DNA of 63,095 bases, the filler included, from Stramenopiles sp. TOSAG23-3 (lineage: Eukaryota), in assembly GCA_900128585.1 (NCBI GenBank). It is 9 parts of 9 records of this genome, joined end to end, with 100 filler letters (N's around TTAATTAATTAA, not from the genome) between each part and the next. Parts side by side here need not be neighbours in the genome. Positions count along the whole stretch, not along the records: positions 11,219 to 22,309 come from LT642761.1; positions 22,410 to 33,491 come from LT642762.1; 7 more parts are not named here. One strand, written 5' to 3'. The position numbers and the translations under genes were made by a program. Positions 21,294 through 32,400 of the stretch are shown one piece after another. Positions within the stretch are counted from its first letter, which is position 1; every line of letters starts with the position of its first letter. Below the pieces are notes generated by a model. The model saw nothing but the letters and a program-made list of their open reading frames with translations, was not told where the DNA came from and did no database searches.

Positions 21294-22309
21294 CGGAAGC
21301 CGAGTGCATACCTATCAATTGGCCGGAGGGCATCTTCCAAGGCTTTCATTGCCCCAAGTTCATCTTTACCTTCCCATAGTTTGACAAGATTTGCCTCTAA
21401 AATCTCATCGTCTTCCTTTTCTTCTTGTGCGTGGGCATTTTTGGAGTCTGCTTTCCCACCTTTTCTCTTTGCAACGTTGGAGTCATCGATGGAGGCGCTT
21501 GAAAGCTTTTTTGTTTCATCAAATTCAGCGACATCGTTCAACATTTCCTGCGCGGATTGTTTCGTTGCTTTTCTATCGTCTTCGTCTTCTGCAGCAGCCA
21601 TTGCCGCTGCTGCAAGGGCGGTGTCTCCCCCCCCCTCTGTCGCGTTTACAACAGCTCCTGTTCCTACCAACAAGTCTTTCATATCTCCAACACCTGGACC
21701 AGTCTTTGATTCCCCAGAAAAAAAGTCGGTTGTAAAATTTCCTTCCTCAACAGCAAGCATATTTAAGTGACGTTTCTGGTTTGCTTTCAAAATAATGTTC
21801 TCTTCCACTGTATGCTCGGTCACAAGTCGGTAAATGTGAACATCGCGAGTTTGCCCAATGCGATGAGCACGGTCTTGCGCTTGGGCGTCCATGGCAGGAT
21901 TCCAATCCGTATCATAGAAAATGACGGTATCGGCGCCGACCAAATTAATACCAAGCCCACCACTACGGGTTGAGAGTATGAACGAGAAGATTTTTTTGTC
22001 GCGATTAAATCGTTCCGTTAAAGATTGCCGTTTCTCTACTCCAGTCGACCCGTCCAAGCGAAAATAAGTGTGGCCATGAAGGCACATGAAATTCTCCAGC
22101 ACATTCAGCATTTTAGACATTTGGGTAAATATTAGGCACCGATGACCTTCGCTTTTTAATTTGTGAAGAAGTTTGTCCAGCGCTTGCAATTTACCAGAGT
22201 CGTACTGCACAAGCCACTTGTCCGGGAAAAGAACTCTGCGCATCATTCTTGAAACATGACAGGCTTGAAACACTCTGTCGCCCTCAAACGATTTTTTCAA
22301 CACTCCATT
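21230..22309 (-). CDS. SWR1: SWR1/SRCAP/PIE1 SNF2-family chromatin remodeller, helicase-C part (5' truncated by contig end)
   Basis: FPDKWLVQYDSGKLQAL, GHRCLIFTQMSKMLNVLE, FILSTRSGGLGINLVGADTVIFYDTDWNPAMDAQAQDRAHRIGQTRDVHIYRL, KANQKR, GNFTTDFF, LRPIDRYAL. Confidence 0.92.
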   Translation of the reverse strand, partial: NGVLKKSFEGDRVFQACHVSRMMRRVLFPDKWLVQYDSGKLQALDKLLHKLKSEGHRCLIFTQMSKMLNVLENFMCLHGHTYFRLDGSTGVEKRQSLTERFNRDKKIFSFILSTRSGGLGINLVGADTVIFYDTDWNPAMDAQAQDRAHRIGQTRDVHIYRLVTEHTVEENIILKANQKRHLNMLAVEEGNFTTDFFSGESKTGPGVGDMKDLLVGTGAVVNATEGGGDTALAAAAMAAAEDEDDRKATKQSAQEMLNDVAEFDETKKLSSASIDDSNVAKRKGGKADSKNAHAQEEKEDDEILEANLVKLWEGKDELGAMKALEDALRPIDRYALGFRPRGARKCSWRHRTENWKLKK

Positions 22310-22409
22310 NNNNNNNNNNNNNNNNNNNNNNNNNNNNNNNNNNNNNNNNNNNNTTAATTAATTAANNNNNNNNNNNNNNNNNNNNNNNNNNNNNNNNNNN
22401 NNNNNNNNN
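22310..22409. other. Artificial contig linker
   Basis: N44-TTAATTAATTAA-N44. Confidence 0.98.
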
Positions 22410-23645
22410 CCCCGACGGGATTCCATCTCATCGTTTCTTCGTCGAACGCCATGGCTGGTCTCTCGCCAGAGCCTTGCGTTTGTACTTGAAGCGGGGCGTC
22501 CGCGGAAAACTCTAAACCATCGTCGTCACTGAACCCGTTCTTTGGCACATCATTTTCGCCGGAGTCGTCAAAGTCGGAAAGACCATTGTTTTCCAAATCC
22601 ACTTGCGCGACGCCCACAACTAAATTCAGCTCTTGGCCGTCTTCAATCTCAATTCCGTCGCACTCACTTTCATTTTGAATGAACGTTAAATTGTTGGGGT
22701 CGTCCTCCGTGACAGGGCCACTAGTTTGGGCCACAAGCTCGGCGGGCGAACCAAGTTTCTCCGTCGCTTTGTCCTCAAACACCAGGTTGTTTATCCGGTC
22801 AAACATTACAGCAGGTTGGCTCGCGTGGTCTTGATCGACCCCGTCCACCAAGTCTTGAACAAATCTATTTCCTTGGGTTGCCACTTTGAAGCGCTTCGTT
22901 TGCGCGTACACTAGCGCGTTCGCTTCATCCAAAATGTTGTACAGGTGGCCCCGGCCCGTCCTTCTCAGGAAGTCCACCGTCTTTGCGGATAGAAACGTGC
23001 CCCTTGCTTTCGAAACGGACTTGCTTTCTTTGCTACTTCTAAGGTGTTCCTTTCCCCAAGGGCGCACGAGCTTTTCGTGCTGCTGCTCTGCTCGCACGAA
23101 CGATTTCTTTTTGCTGTTGGAGATACGGTATGCCGCCTTCACGGGGTTTTTCTTCGGCGTAGGCTTCCGACGGTACAGCGAGCCTTGCGCTTCCAGCGAG
23201 GACTCGTTGAACCTTGACAGGGCGCTCGTAGACGTGAACTTGGAAAGTTTAATCTTTCTCCCATATATGGAAGACGACGGCGAGTGTCTCCAAGCGTCTT
23301 GGTTTAGCTTGGTAAACTGGTCCATGGTTATGGTTTGCACGGAGCCGCCACGCCGACTCGCACCCTTTCGGCGCCCCCCCCCCCCCTCTTTTTTTTCTTC
23401 TGCTTGTCGTTCAGCAGCCCGGCAGCAATGGAGCGCAGCTGAGGAGACTTCACGTGGTCCAGCAGTGACCCCGACCTCTGCTTCAAGGACGACACGCTAC
23501 CCTTTTGGGGCGTCTGCAGCTGGCCAAAGATTAAGCTGGCCATTTCCCCCCGATCACCCCGCGTCAACCAACGTTTGGATACCGCGGCAAGGTTCGTCCC
23601 CAAGTGGTCCCAGATAGAAGAAACCTGAACCCCTCGAATGCTCAA
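22410..23645 (-). CDS. Hypothetical low-complexity protein, frameshifted at a G13 run and 3' truncated
   Basis: ORFs 23328..23645 and 22354..23340 join (KKKKRGGG/RRKGASRRGGSVQTITMDQF) if the 13-C run at 23374-23386 is 11 or 14 long. Start may be ATG 23645 or 23543. Confidence 0.6.
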
Positions 23646-23974
23646 TGAGCGAACACTTTAGGTAATAAAATTAATAAACTCTTGTTCGATCGATCAGTAA
23701 ATAGATCGACCAGCCAAAGAAGTTATACAATATCTAAACTACCACCACTCTCCACCCTCTCCCTCTCTCTTCTTTCTTTTTCTTCCAAACATTGAGTTGA
23801 ATACACAATGAATAAAAAATACGAAGAAGTATTTAAATTATTTATTATTATTTATTATTATTATTTAAAAAAAAAAAACAGATGATAGAAGAAAAGAAGT
23901 ACTTTTTTTTTTTCGTATCTTTTTTTCGTACCAATTGGTATCTTCGATTATTACATTTTAGACGACTATCTTAT

Positions 23975-24186
23975 ATTCTTCTTTTATCTTTCTTCTCTTT
24001 TATTTCTCTTTTATTTCTCTTCTTCTTCTTTTATCTTCTTCTTTTATCTTCTTCTTTTATCTTCTTCTTTTATCTTCTTCTTTTGTCTTCTTCTTCTTTT
24101 TTCTTCTTCTTCTTTTTTCTTCTTCTTCTTTTTTCTTCTTCTTCTTCTTTCTTCTTCTTCTTCTTCTTCTTCTTTTTTCTTCTTCT
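23975..24186. repeat. Degenerate (TTC)n microsatellite
   Basis: Long ttc/tttatc tract. Confidence 0.9.
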
Positions 24187-24720
24187 GACGACTGACGTCA
24201 TCTCTTTCTAAGGGGAAACGTCATAAATTAAGGTAATATAAAAATAAACATATTTATTAATATAACTTAATACAATATTAATATTATATATATGAATTGA
24301 TCATTATATAATTTAAATTAAATATAAACCTTAATTATGAATAAGCTTAATAATAAAAAAATAACAAAAATAAAATCATCACACCACCACATATTAATAG
24401 GACACACCACCACACTCACCACACAAATAATATCAAATTATAATAATAATAATAACAACAAGAAACACTCGTCCGTCTACTGTTTTAAATGAAAATGAAT
24501 AGCAAAATATTTATGTATAGCAGATGCGTGTGTGTGTGAATATCTTTATAGTTTTAGAATTCTTAAATCTTACCTACAGCAGGATCTCTATATTAATAAC
24601 CGAGAAATATTTTAACCCATCCCAGCTTCTTCGTCTTGTAGTTGTTCTGTTCAATTGTTCTTCTGTTGTTTGTGTGGGAAGTGACAACCAGTTTTTTGGG
24701 AAGCTGCACGCGTGTCAACA

Positions 24721-25440
24721 ATGGAAGGTGGTAAGGCTGTGAAGGAAAACGGGAAATTGTTCGAAGGGTTGGACGATGAACAGATCAAGATGATGTCGGA
24801 AATGTGCATTGAGATAGATGACAAGGACATTCCGCTAGGCCCAAAGTCGAAAGTGGATTTGCACATATGGGAGAATATTCAGCAGGGGCTGCTGCACCGT
24901 GCCTTCAGCGTGTTCCTTATCGACGGGGAGGGTAGGCTGCTGCTGCAGCAGCGCGCGGGCTCTAAGATTACGTTTCCGCTTTTTTGGGCGAACACTTGCT
25001 GCAGCCACCCGTGGCACAACAGCGCAGAAATGGACTTGGAGAACGCAATGGGGGTGAAGCGCGCGGCGGTCCGAAAGTTAGAACAGGAGCTTGGCATCGA
25101 CCCGGCGCAGGTCCCCTTGGGTAGTTTTGAATTCTTGACTAGGATCCACTACAAAGCGAAGTTCGACGACCAGTGGGGGGAGCACGAAATCGACCACGTC
25201 CTGATCCTGCGCCCCTCGAAGGACGTTGTGCTAAAGCCGAACCCGAACGAAATCGAGGCAGTAAAGTGGGTGAACCCTGGCGAGCTGAAAGGATTCTTTG
25301 CGAATGCCAAGGAGAACGGCGATTTAGTCGCCCCTTGGTTTGAATTGATTGCAAAAACCTTCCTGCTCCCAAAGTGGTGGGGCAGCTTGGACAGTTTGAA
25401 AGAGTTGAGGGACGAGGAAATCCATTACTTGGAGCTTTAA
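24721..25440 (+). CDS. IDI1: Isopentenyl-diphosphate delta-isomerase type 1
   Basis: GLLHRAFSVFL, LLLQQRAGSKITFP, WANTCCSHP, AAVRKLEQELGI, LTRIHYKA, WGEHEIDHVL, PNPNE, APWF. Confidence 0.96.
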   Translation: MEGGKAVKENGKLFEGLDDEQIKMMSEMCIEIDDKDIPLGPKSKVDLHIWENIQQGLLHRAFSVFLIDGEGRLLLQQRAGSKITFPLFWANTCCSHPWHNSAEMDLENAMGVKRAAVRKLEQELGIDPAQVPLGSFEFLTRIHYKAKFDDQWGEHEIDHVLILRPSKDVVLKPNPNEIEAVKWVNPGELKGFFANAKENGDLVAPWFELIAKTFLLPKWWGSLDSLKELRDEEIHYLEL

Positions 25441-25648
25441 AGTTTTATGAAGGGCGAGACGGCTCAAATTAAACGCCCTAACTTTTGTATTTCTTAGGAA
25501 CAACATGATACCTACTCTACGAAATGTAAAAAAGAATTGGCATAAATATATATAATGATGGTCTCGACCGATTTTGATTTTTATGATTTTTATTACTCAT
25601 AGTCACGAATTGATCCTATAATTGAGATAAATTTTAAAAACTACTAGC

Positions 25649-26401
25649 CTAAAACAGGCAGCACCTCTTCTTTCCCTTCTTTTCCTCCGCCGCCGCGCGG
25701 TCGAGCATGTCCTGAAAGGTACCGCCCTGGGCGAGGTCTTCCTCCTCCATCTGCTTCGCAACGTCGTTGTCCCCGTTCCCACGCTCTTCATCCTTTGCCA
25801 CGGTGACGGACAAGATCTTCTTGTGAAACTCAAGCTCAAACGCCGACAGCTTGATGCCCAAGGACTTTCCAGCGGCGTCGTAAAACACTGGTGTGACGTT
25901 ATCGCCACTCTGGGCAGAGGTGAAAAACCCATCGTGCAGTTTGTTTTGCCGGACGAACTTGTCGTGGACCTCTTCTGGAATTTTGCGCAAGTGGTCCAAA
26001 TCAATTTTATTCCCACACAGAAAAATCATCGGCTGCTTCTTCTTCTCCTCGTACTCGGGGTTGGAGGGAGAAAACGTGGTTCTAACCATCCCAAGCCAGT
26101 CCTCAACGTCCGTGAAAGACTGCCGGTCCGTGACGTCATAGCACAGAAATATTATGTCCGACCCGTATATGTACTTTCCAAGCATCTGACTCCCTATGCT
26201 CTGCCCCCCAATGTCCCACAGTTGCAATTTCGCGCGCTTGTCCCCTCGCAGAGTGATTAGTTTCTCAAAGAAATCAAGACCTACAGTCTGTTTGTACACT
26301 TTCGCAAAACCATCTTCAATGAACCGGGCAATTATACTGGTTTTCCCAACGGACCCGTTCCCCAACAAAATTAGCTTTACCGTAGGGTCTGCTTTCGACA
26401 T
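25649..26401 (-). CDS. RAB28: Rab28 small GTPase
   Basis: GNGSVGKTS, YKQTVGLDFF, Rab28-type WDIGGQSIG..ML..YIYG, GNKIDL, TSA, and C-terminal prenylation motif CCLF. Confidence 0.88.
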   Translation of the reverse strand: MSKADPTVKLILLGNGSVGKTSIIARFIEDGFAKVYKQTVGLDFFEKLITLRGDKRAKLQLWDIGGQSIGSQMLGKYIYGSDIIFLCYDVTDRQSFTDVEDWLGMVRTTFSPSNPEYEEKKKQPMIFLCGNKIDLDHLRKIPEEVHDKFVRQNKLHDGFFTSAQSGDNVTPVFYDAAGKSLGIKLSAFELEFHKKILSVTVAKDEERGNGDNDVAKQMEEEDLAQGGTFQDMLDRAAAEEKKGKKRCCLF

Positions 26402-27128
26402 GGGGAAGAAGAACTTCAAAAGGGCGGAGCGAACGACTTCTATAAGTATTGGAATAAAATCTACGGACGTTTGCTCCTATCATAGAAAAATTTCAACTGA
26501 TGGCTTCTTTCGAAAAATGATTGTATGTAATCAAATGAGCGTAAGGTGAGCATTTTTCTTTCACTTTGCATTTTCAATTAGTATTTATTTTATTATTACG
26601 GTCGGCGGTAGTAGACCAATATATAAATTATTAGGCTAAAAAATAAATAATAATAATAATAAAATAATAAAAAAATAATATTGTATTATTATTATTATTA
26701 TTTTGATGAAGAATAGTAGAAGAAGAAAGAAGAGAAGGAAGAAGAGAATCAATCATCATCGTTTTTTTTATTGCCTTCGTAATATTATTATTAATTACAT
26801 GATCTATTTTAAAAAATAATAAACAATTTATAATAGCAGCCTTATAACAGTGAAACAATTTGAATATATATAATCCGCCCCCGCGGCTATGTCAATATAA
26901 TTACGAGAATTCGTAGAGAGTTAGGATGAGACTAAATAATACTATAGCACAAGAAAGGTCACGCGTGGGAAAGAGGAAGGAACCACCACGCGAATATATG
27001 GTGTTCGATGTGTTTGGTGTAAAGTGGTTAACAACATATATTAAGCATCAGTTTATACATCCTAATCAGCAATTCCATCCTCTTCTGATTCCTCTTCAAA
27101 CCTTTGTCTCACGACGAATTCGTAAAAT

Positions 27129-28376
27129 TCAGTTGTCCAGGCACGACGAGGGGTCTGTGTCCTTGGCAGTGCCGTCGGCGTTCTTGCAATTCATGTCGCC
27201 TCCGTCGACGTGAAAGTCGTTGAGCGTGATTTCCGTGCATGGCATCGATTCCTTGCAGAGGAATTCGGCACCGATCTCGCAATTGTGACCAGTGATGTGC
27301 TCAAGGGTCACACCTTTGATCTCAACGAAGTCGTCGTCGTTTTTTGCTGGCGACGACTTGTCGTAGTTTGCGGTGACGGTGACGCAACGTTTCACGGTCT
27401 TCATCTTGATGTTCGACCAAGTGATATTCTTGACTTTTCCACGACCGCTTGGAGCAGCTCGGGTCTTGATACGGCACCCGTTTTGCATGTTGTCCATGGT
27501 AATGTGACGAAAGATGACATTCTCGACACACCCAGAGCCAACAGAGCCGATGGAAGCCCCATGACCCAACTCGAAATGGCAATTCTCGACCAGCACGTTC
27601 CTGGTGCATGTCGAGGGGTCCCCGTCCAAGGCCTTGACGGCTATGCTGTCGTCGCCGTTGTGAATGAAGGTGTCGTGAATCCAGATGTCCTGCGCTCCGT
27701 TCATGGGGTCGATTCCGTCGGTGTTGTGCGGTTCCTTCAGCTTCCCCGAATCCGGATCGGTGTACCACGTCGAGGTGATGTTCACACCGGATACCTCAGC
27801 ACCCTTCACGCCGTCGAGAACGACGTTGAACGACGGTGAGTCCAGGATGGTTAGATCGTAGAGCTGAAAGTTCGACCCACCGGTGATGACAATGAAGTGA
27901 GGGCGGTCGTCAATCTTCCCCTGGTCCCACAAATAGTACCAGTCGCTCCCGAGAGGCGGGCGGCCTCCTCTGCCAAAGACCACTCCGTCTCCTCCGAGGC
28001 CGCACCCGTTCGTGTTCTTGAACCAGACGAAAGGGACCATGCCATCGTCGTTGGTTGGCCAGTCCTTCGGACCCTTGGCAGTGACAAGGGAAGCTGAAGC
28101 TTGCACTTCGATCAGGAGGTTGCTGGCGTCCTTGACCATGATCGGGCTTGTTTTGTACGCCCCTCCAGCGATCACCACGGTGCCCCCGCCAGAGCAGGCA
28201 TTGATGGCCGCGTTGATGGCTTTGATGTTGTCGTCGGCGCCTGGATCGGCGCCGTGGTCAGTTATAAGACACTTGGAGTCGCGGACGGCCGATGGGAGAT
28301 CCAAAGGACGGGCGGCTTGCGCCACGATGGCCCCGAGGAAGAGGACAACGGTAGCGACGAGAGCAAGTCGCGGCAT
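27129..28376 (-). CDS. Secreted glycoside hydrolase family 28 (polygalacturonase)
   Basis: Signal peptide MPRLALVATVVLFLGAIVAQA. All four GH28 motifs are present: NTDG, GDD, GHG, RIKT. Confidence 0.93.
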   Translation of the reverse strand: MPRLALVATVVLFLGAIVAQAARPLDLPSAVRDSKCLITDHGADPGADDNIKAINAAINACSGGGTVVIAGGAYKTSPIMVKDASNLLIEVQASASLVTAKGPKDWPTNDDGMVPFVWFKNTNGCGLGGDGVVFGRGGRPPLGSDWYYLWDQGKIDDRPHFIVITGGSNFQLYDLTILDSPSFNVVLDGVKGAEVSGVNITSTWYTDPDSGKLKEPHNTDGIDPMNGAQDIWIHDTFIHNGDDSIAVKALDGDPSTCTRNVLVENCHFELGHGASIGSVGSGCVENVIFRHITMDNMQNGCRIKTRAAPSGRGKVKNITWSNIKMKTVKRCVTVTANYDKSSPAKNDDDFVEIKGVTLEHITGHNCEIGAEFLCKESMPCTEITLNDFHVDGGDMNCKNADGTAKDTDPSSCLDN

Positions 28377-28508
28377 CGTTCGTTGGGTGAGTTGTTTGGA
28401 GATTAACTACGGAAGTTGAGGGGGGGGGAGGTTGAAGTATCCAAGTTTTAGCTGGAATTAGGTGCGTTTGCCCTTGTGTTCCGACTTTTCACGTAGTTGT
28501 CTACTTAG

Positions 28509-28548
28509 TTATTATACCAAGAAGAGGACCCTCTTCTTGGTATAATAA
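28509..28548. repeat. Perfect 19-bp-arm palindrome with 2-nt spacer
   Basis: ttattataccaagaagagg-ac-cctcttcttggtataataa. Confidence 0.92.
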
Positions 28549-29114
28549 ATAAGGTAAAAAATAAATAAATAATAATAATAAGAAAAAATGTTGAAGAGGA
28601 ATACAAAATATCATATAATACATATTTAATACTTAAAAAGTATATACTTAATATATAACTATTTTGATGTTTAATGTATATAAATTATATTGATTTTCTA
28701 GAATCATTTCAGTGGATTTTGATTCATCAGGATGGTGGTGGTGGTGGTGGTGCGCGCACTTTCATTTTAATTTTATTACAATGTACCTGGTATACTATTA
28801 GAGCTATAATATTAAACAAGACAATGATAATTTAAATAGATTTGAGGAAATGGTTAGATGATGGTTTTTACCTGACTCCTGACTCCTGACCTAATTCCTA
28901 ATTCTCAATACAGTAGAATGATGGGAGGTGGTGGTGCTGTGCTGTTAAGTCCATTAAGGCTTTGTATTGAAACACAACATCCTTCTTTCCTTCTTTGAAG
29001 TTATAAAGAAAGAGAGCATTTTAATTAAAAAATTAGCAGGGAGTTAGTGTTACGAAACATAAAGCTAATTGATGACTAGTAGTATGTTTTATTATTTTAT
29101 TATATATTTTTATC

Positions 29115-29152
29115 TCTTCTTCTTCTTCTTCTTCTTCTTCTTCTTCTTCTTT
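29115..29152. repeat. (TTC)n microsatellite
   Basis: About 12 tandem ttc units. Confidence 0.9.
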
Positions 29153-29472
29153 CTCTCCTCACTCATACACTCATATATTAAATAATAATTTTACTGTTGT
29201 TGTAGTTGTTTAAAATGAGATGTGTGTGTTTTGAAATTTGAAATATCGATGAGGAGTTATACTACATATATATATATATATATATTATATAAGCTTAGTC
29301 GTCTATTTATAAAAGTCAAAAGAGAGATAAATAACAGTTTCAAAGGTAAATAATATGAGGATTTAATAGCTCTCGTGTTATTTGAACACGATTTGTTTAC
29401 CCGCTCTTACAGTCTGGTTTCAAATAGATCATCAAAAATGTGTGCTGGCAACGTGTAACTTTTCAGTAAAGA

Positions 29473-32400
29473 ATGAAGGCTAGTCGCACGTATGAGCAGC
29501 TGCTGCATGACATAGCGAACGGGGATGAGGAAGAGACTCCGTCCACTTACACACCTTTGTCGCACCACATTAGAGACGAAAAGCTCGCCAGAAATGCGTA
29601 CTTGGTGAAGCGTGGAAAAGAAAGCAAGTGCGATGAGTGCGGCATTAATTGGGCAATGCCCCCAGAGGGCGTGTTGGACAATTCAAATTCTCGGAAAGAA
29701 AAGCTGTGCTGGACATGCCACAAAAAAGGAATGGCACCCCCACCGCCCGCGCCCCCCATCCCACCACCAACGAAAAATATTTGGAAGTACGTTAACGAGC
29801 ATTACCCGGAGTGGGTACTCGCCAAGGCAGAACAGAACAAAGGGGAGCAGATCGTCGCACTTGCCAAGGCGCTGAAAGCGCGAGAGCCCCTCGATGTTAT
29901 CGAGTACATTGCTAATCGTCTGCCAAAAGGGTTCCCCATGCAACGGAACGGCGACGGGCTGCTGCCCCTCCATATCGCGTTGAACGCTCGGTGTGAAGAA
30001 CCGGTTATCCAGTTCATCCTCTCCGCTTACCCGGAGGCGGCGAAAGACGTCGCCATAGACAACACGCTCCCCGCCCTTCATGCGTTAAGAATCGGGGGGA
30101 TAAGAATTGGGATAGTGAGAACGCTTGTCAATGCCGCGACGAGAAACTTTGTGCGGTCAGAGCTCACAAAGTTGGACAGAGAGGGCAAGAATTTCCTGCA
30201 ACAGTTTGTTACGTACCAGCATGCAGGGCGGTCCCAAGTAGAGCTTTTGGTAGGGTTGGGGGGACGCGAGCTCTTGAGAGCGACGGACGTCCAGGGGCGC
30301 ATTGCCATTCACCACGCGTGCTCCGGAGGCCAGCTGGTGGTCATTGAAACTTTGATACGGTGCGACCCAGAGGGCCTCCTCGTTGAGGATGGCAGGAACG
30401 GTTGGGTTCCGCTTCAATTTTTCATATGCAATTCCAGCAAATACGATTTTTTGGCAAGGGAGTGCGCTTTTCAAGCCCTGACAGAACTGAAAAAGTACGC
30501 GACCGCGACGACCGGGCACATTGACAAACGAGGGCGGTCATCAATGCACCTGGCGGTGGAAAGTACTGCGCCCGCAGACGTAATAGACGGTCTTATGGAT
30601 TTTATGCCCGATTTTATGCTCCAAGACCACAACAGGAGAAGCGTTCTCCACCTAGCACTCGACAGACCAAAAGTGGGCGCAGAATTCACGGAACGATTGA
30701 TCCGACGATGCCCCCGCGCCGCGAGCCTTCAAACAGAACACGGATTTACCCCCCTTCGCACCTTGCTGCATTATGAACCCGGGGAGTCCGAGTTGGATTG
30801 GAGTGAGAACGAAAGGTTTACTTTGATGTGCAGGCTCTTAAAAGCAGACAATGGTGCAGGGGCTAGTGTCCAGGACTCATTCGATCAAAATGCAATTCCG
30901 TTGCACTATGTGCTGAAACATCCTCAGAAATTTCCCATCCGGCACGCTCTGCACCTTGTGAAGTACGGAGGACTTGAAATTCCTGACAATTTTGGGGATT
31001 TGGCCCTTCACGTCGCCGTAAAGATGAGAGCGGACTTGAAAATTATCGCAGAGATTCTCGACAGCCACGTAGAAGCTGCCCAAACAAAGAGCCATCTTGG
31101 TCTCATCCCTGCCCAGGCTGGCCTGCGCACGAACGCCGGCAGAAAAATAATCCGATTGCTCCTTTCTGCTTACATGGGGGACCGAGACGTCGTGATGACA
31201 GCAACCCGGGAGGATGTCGATTGGTCTCTCAAACGCATGGTCGACATGTACCCCGAGCGTTCGGCCGTTACGGATGCAAACGGCAACACGCCGTTGCACT
31301 GGGCAATAGAACGCCACGCGGACGAATCTGTAATCAGAGAAATGCTGCAGTCGCATCCGTCGCTGAACAGAAAGGTGGGCGACCGAATGCTCCCACCCCT
31401 TCATTTGTGTTGCTTCTTGCCATATTCATCTTACACTTTGAAACACTTGAGGGTTTTACATGCGTGCGACCGCACCCAGATAAAAGTTGATATTGGCTCA
31501 AGGATGCCCCTCCATTTCGCATCGATGTCGGATCAACCCGTAGAGGTAATTGACTTCCTGATCGATACTTTTAAATGGCCAGTTCAGATCCGCGACGACT
31601 CCGGAAGGGTCCCGGCGTACTACGCAATGAAAAACAAGAACGCACAGGTGCTCAACTTGTTACTGAGCGTCTACTGTGGCCCAGACGATCTCATCAAAGA
31701 GGTCCCGCTTGAATCCCTTCGCTACGCTGCAAAATTCCCCTGCCCTTTTGAAAACGATGCCGTAAAGCAGAGCATATTCCACCGCCTATGCTTTAACGAC
31801 AAGCACGCACACGTGATGCGGCTGTTGGCTCATTACAGGCCGAAACTGGTGCTGGAGCGAGACAACGAAGACAGAACCCCTCTCGACGTTTGCGACGACA
31901 ATGATTCCGTGATGACAAAAAATGCCATAATAGAGGAACTAGAAAGGCATAACATCCGTTCTGCGGACGGGAAAAGTCTATTCAAGCGAATTTCGAAGGA
32001 TGATAGGGCGGTACCCAAATCCACCAAACTGCAGCTTCCAATTGGAAAGCTAAAAAAAGAAGCGCACGTGCTCTGCTTTGAAACTTTAGCAAGGACGTTA
32101 GTCCAGCAGAATTCACATCTAGGCGCGACCCTTGATATTTTAAATCTGCGCCCAAGTACGAAAATAGTGGGGGCAATTCTGAAAATCATGAGGCTTGGGG
32201 GAATTTTGCCAGATTCTTGTCCTGGATTACCGTTAATCATACCCACCAAATTTGCCTCCTACCGTACTTCAAAGGAGTGTTTGACCGCTGGAATCGGATT
32301 TCTTCAAGACGGATTGAAAAAAATTGGGCCGCAGGGTCATTTTCGCGTTTACTTTTTGTGTGAAGATGCTTTCTTAAACCCCGAGCACTGTGGCCAATGC

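Noticed and set aside
20676..21770. Long antisense ORFs (also 22886..23617, 37510..38343, 15299..16063)
   Set aside because: They are shadows of well-supported genes on the opposite strand and have no domain motifs.
1418..23386. Three frame breaks (~1420, ~21293, ~23380) as a programmed ribosomal frameshifting system
   Set aside because: They share no slippery motif. Each has a simpler explanation (repeat collapse, small deletion, homopolymer error), and all other genes read through cleanly.
24721..28376. IDI1-RAB28-GH28 as a functional cluster
   Set aside because: Mixed orientation and unrelated functions. The prenylation link between IDI1 and Rab28 is generic.
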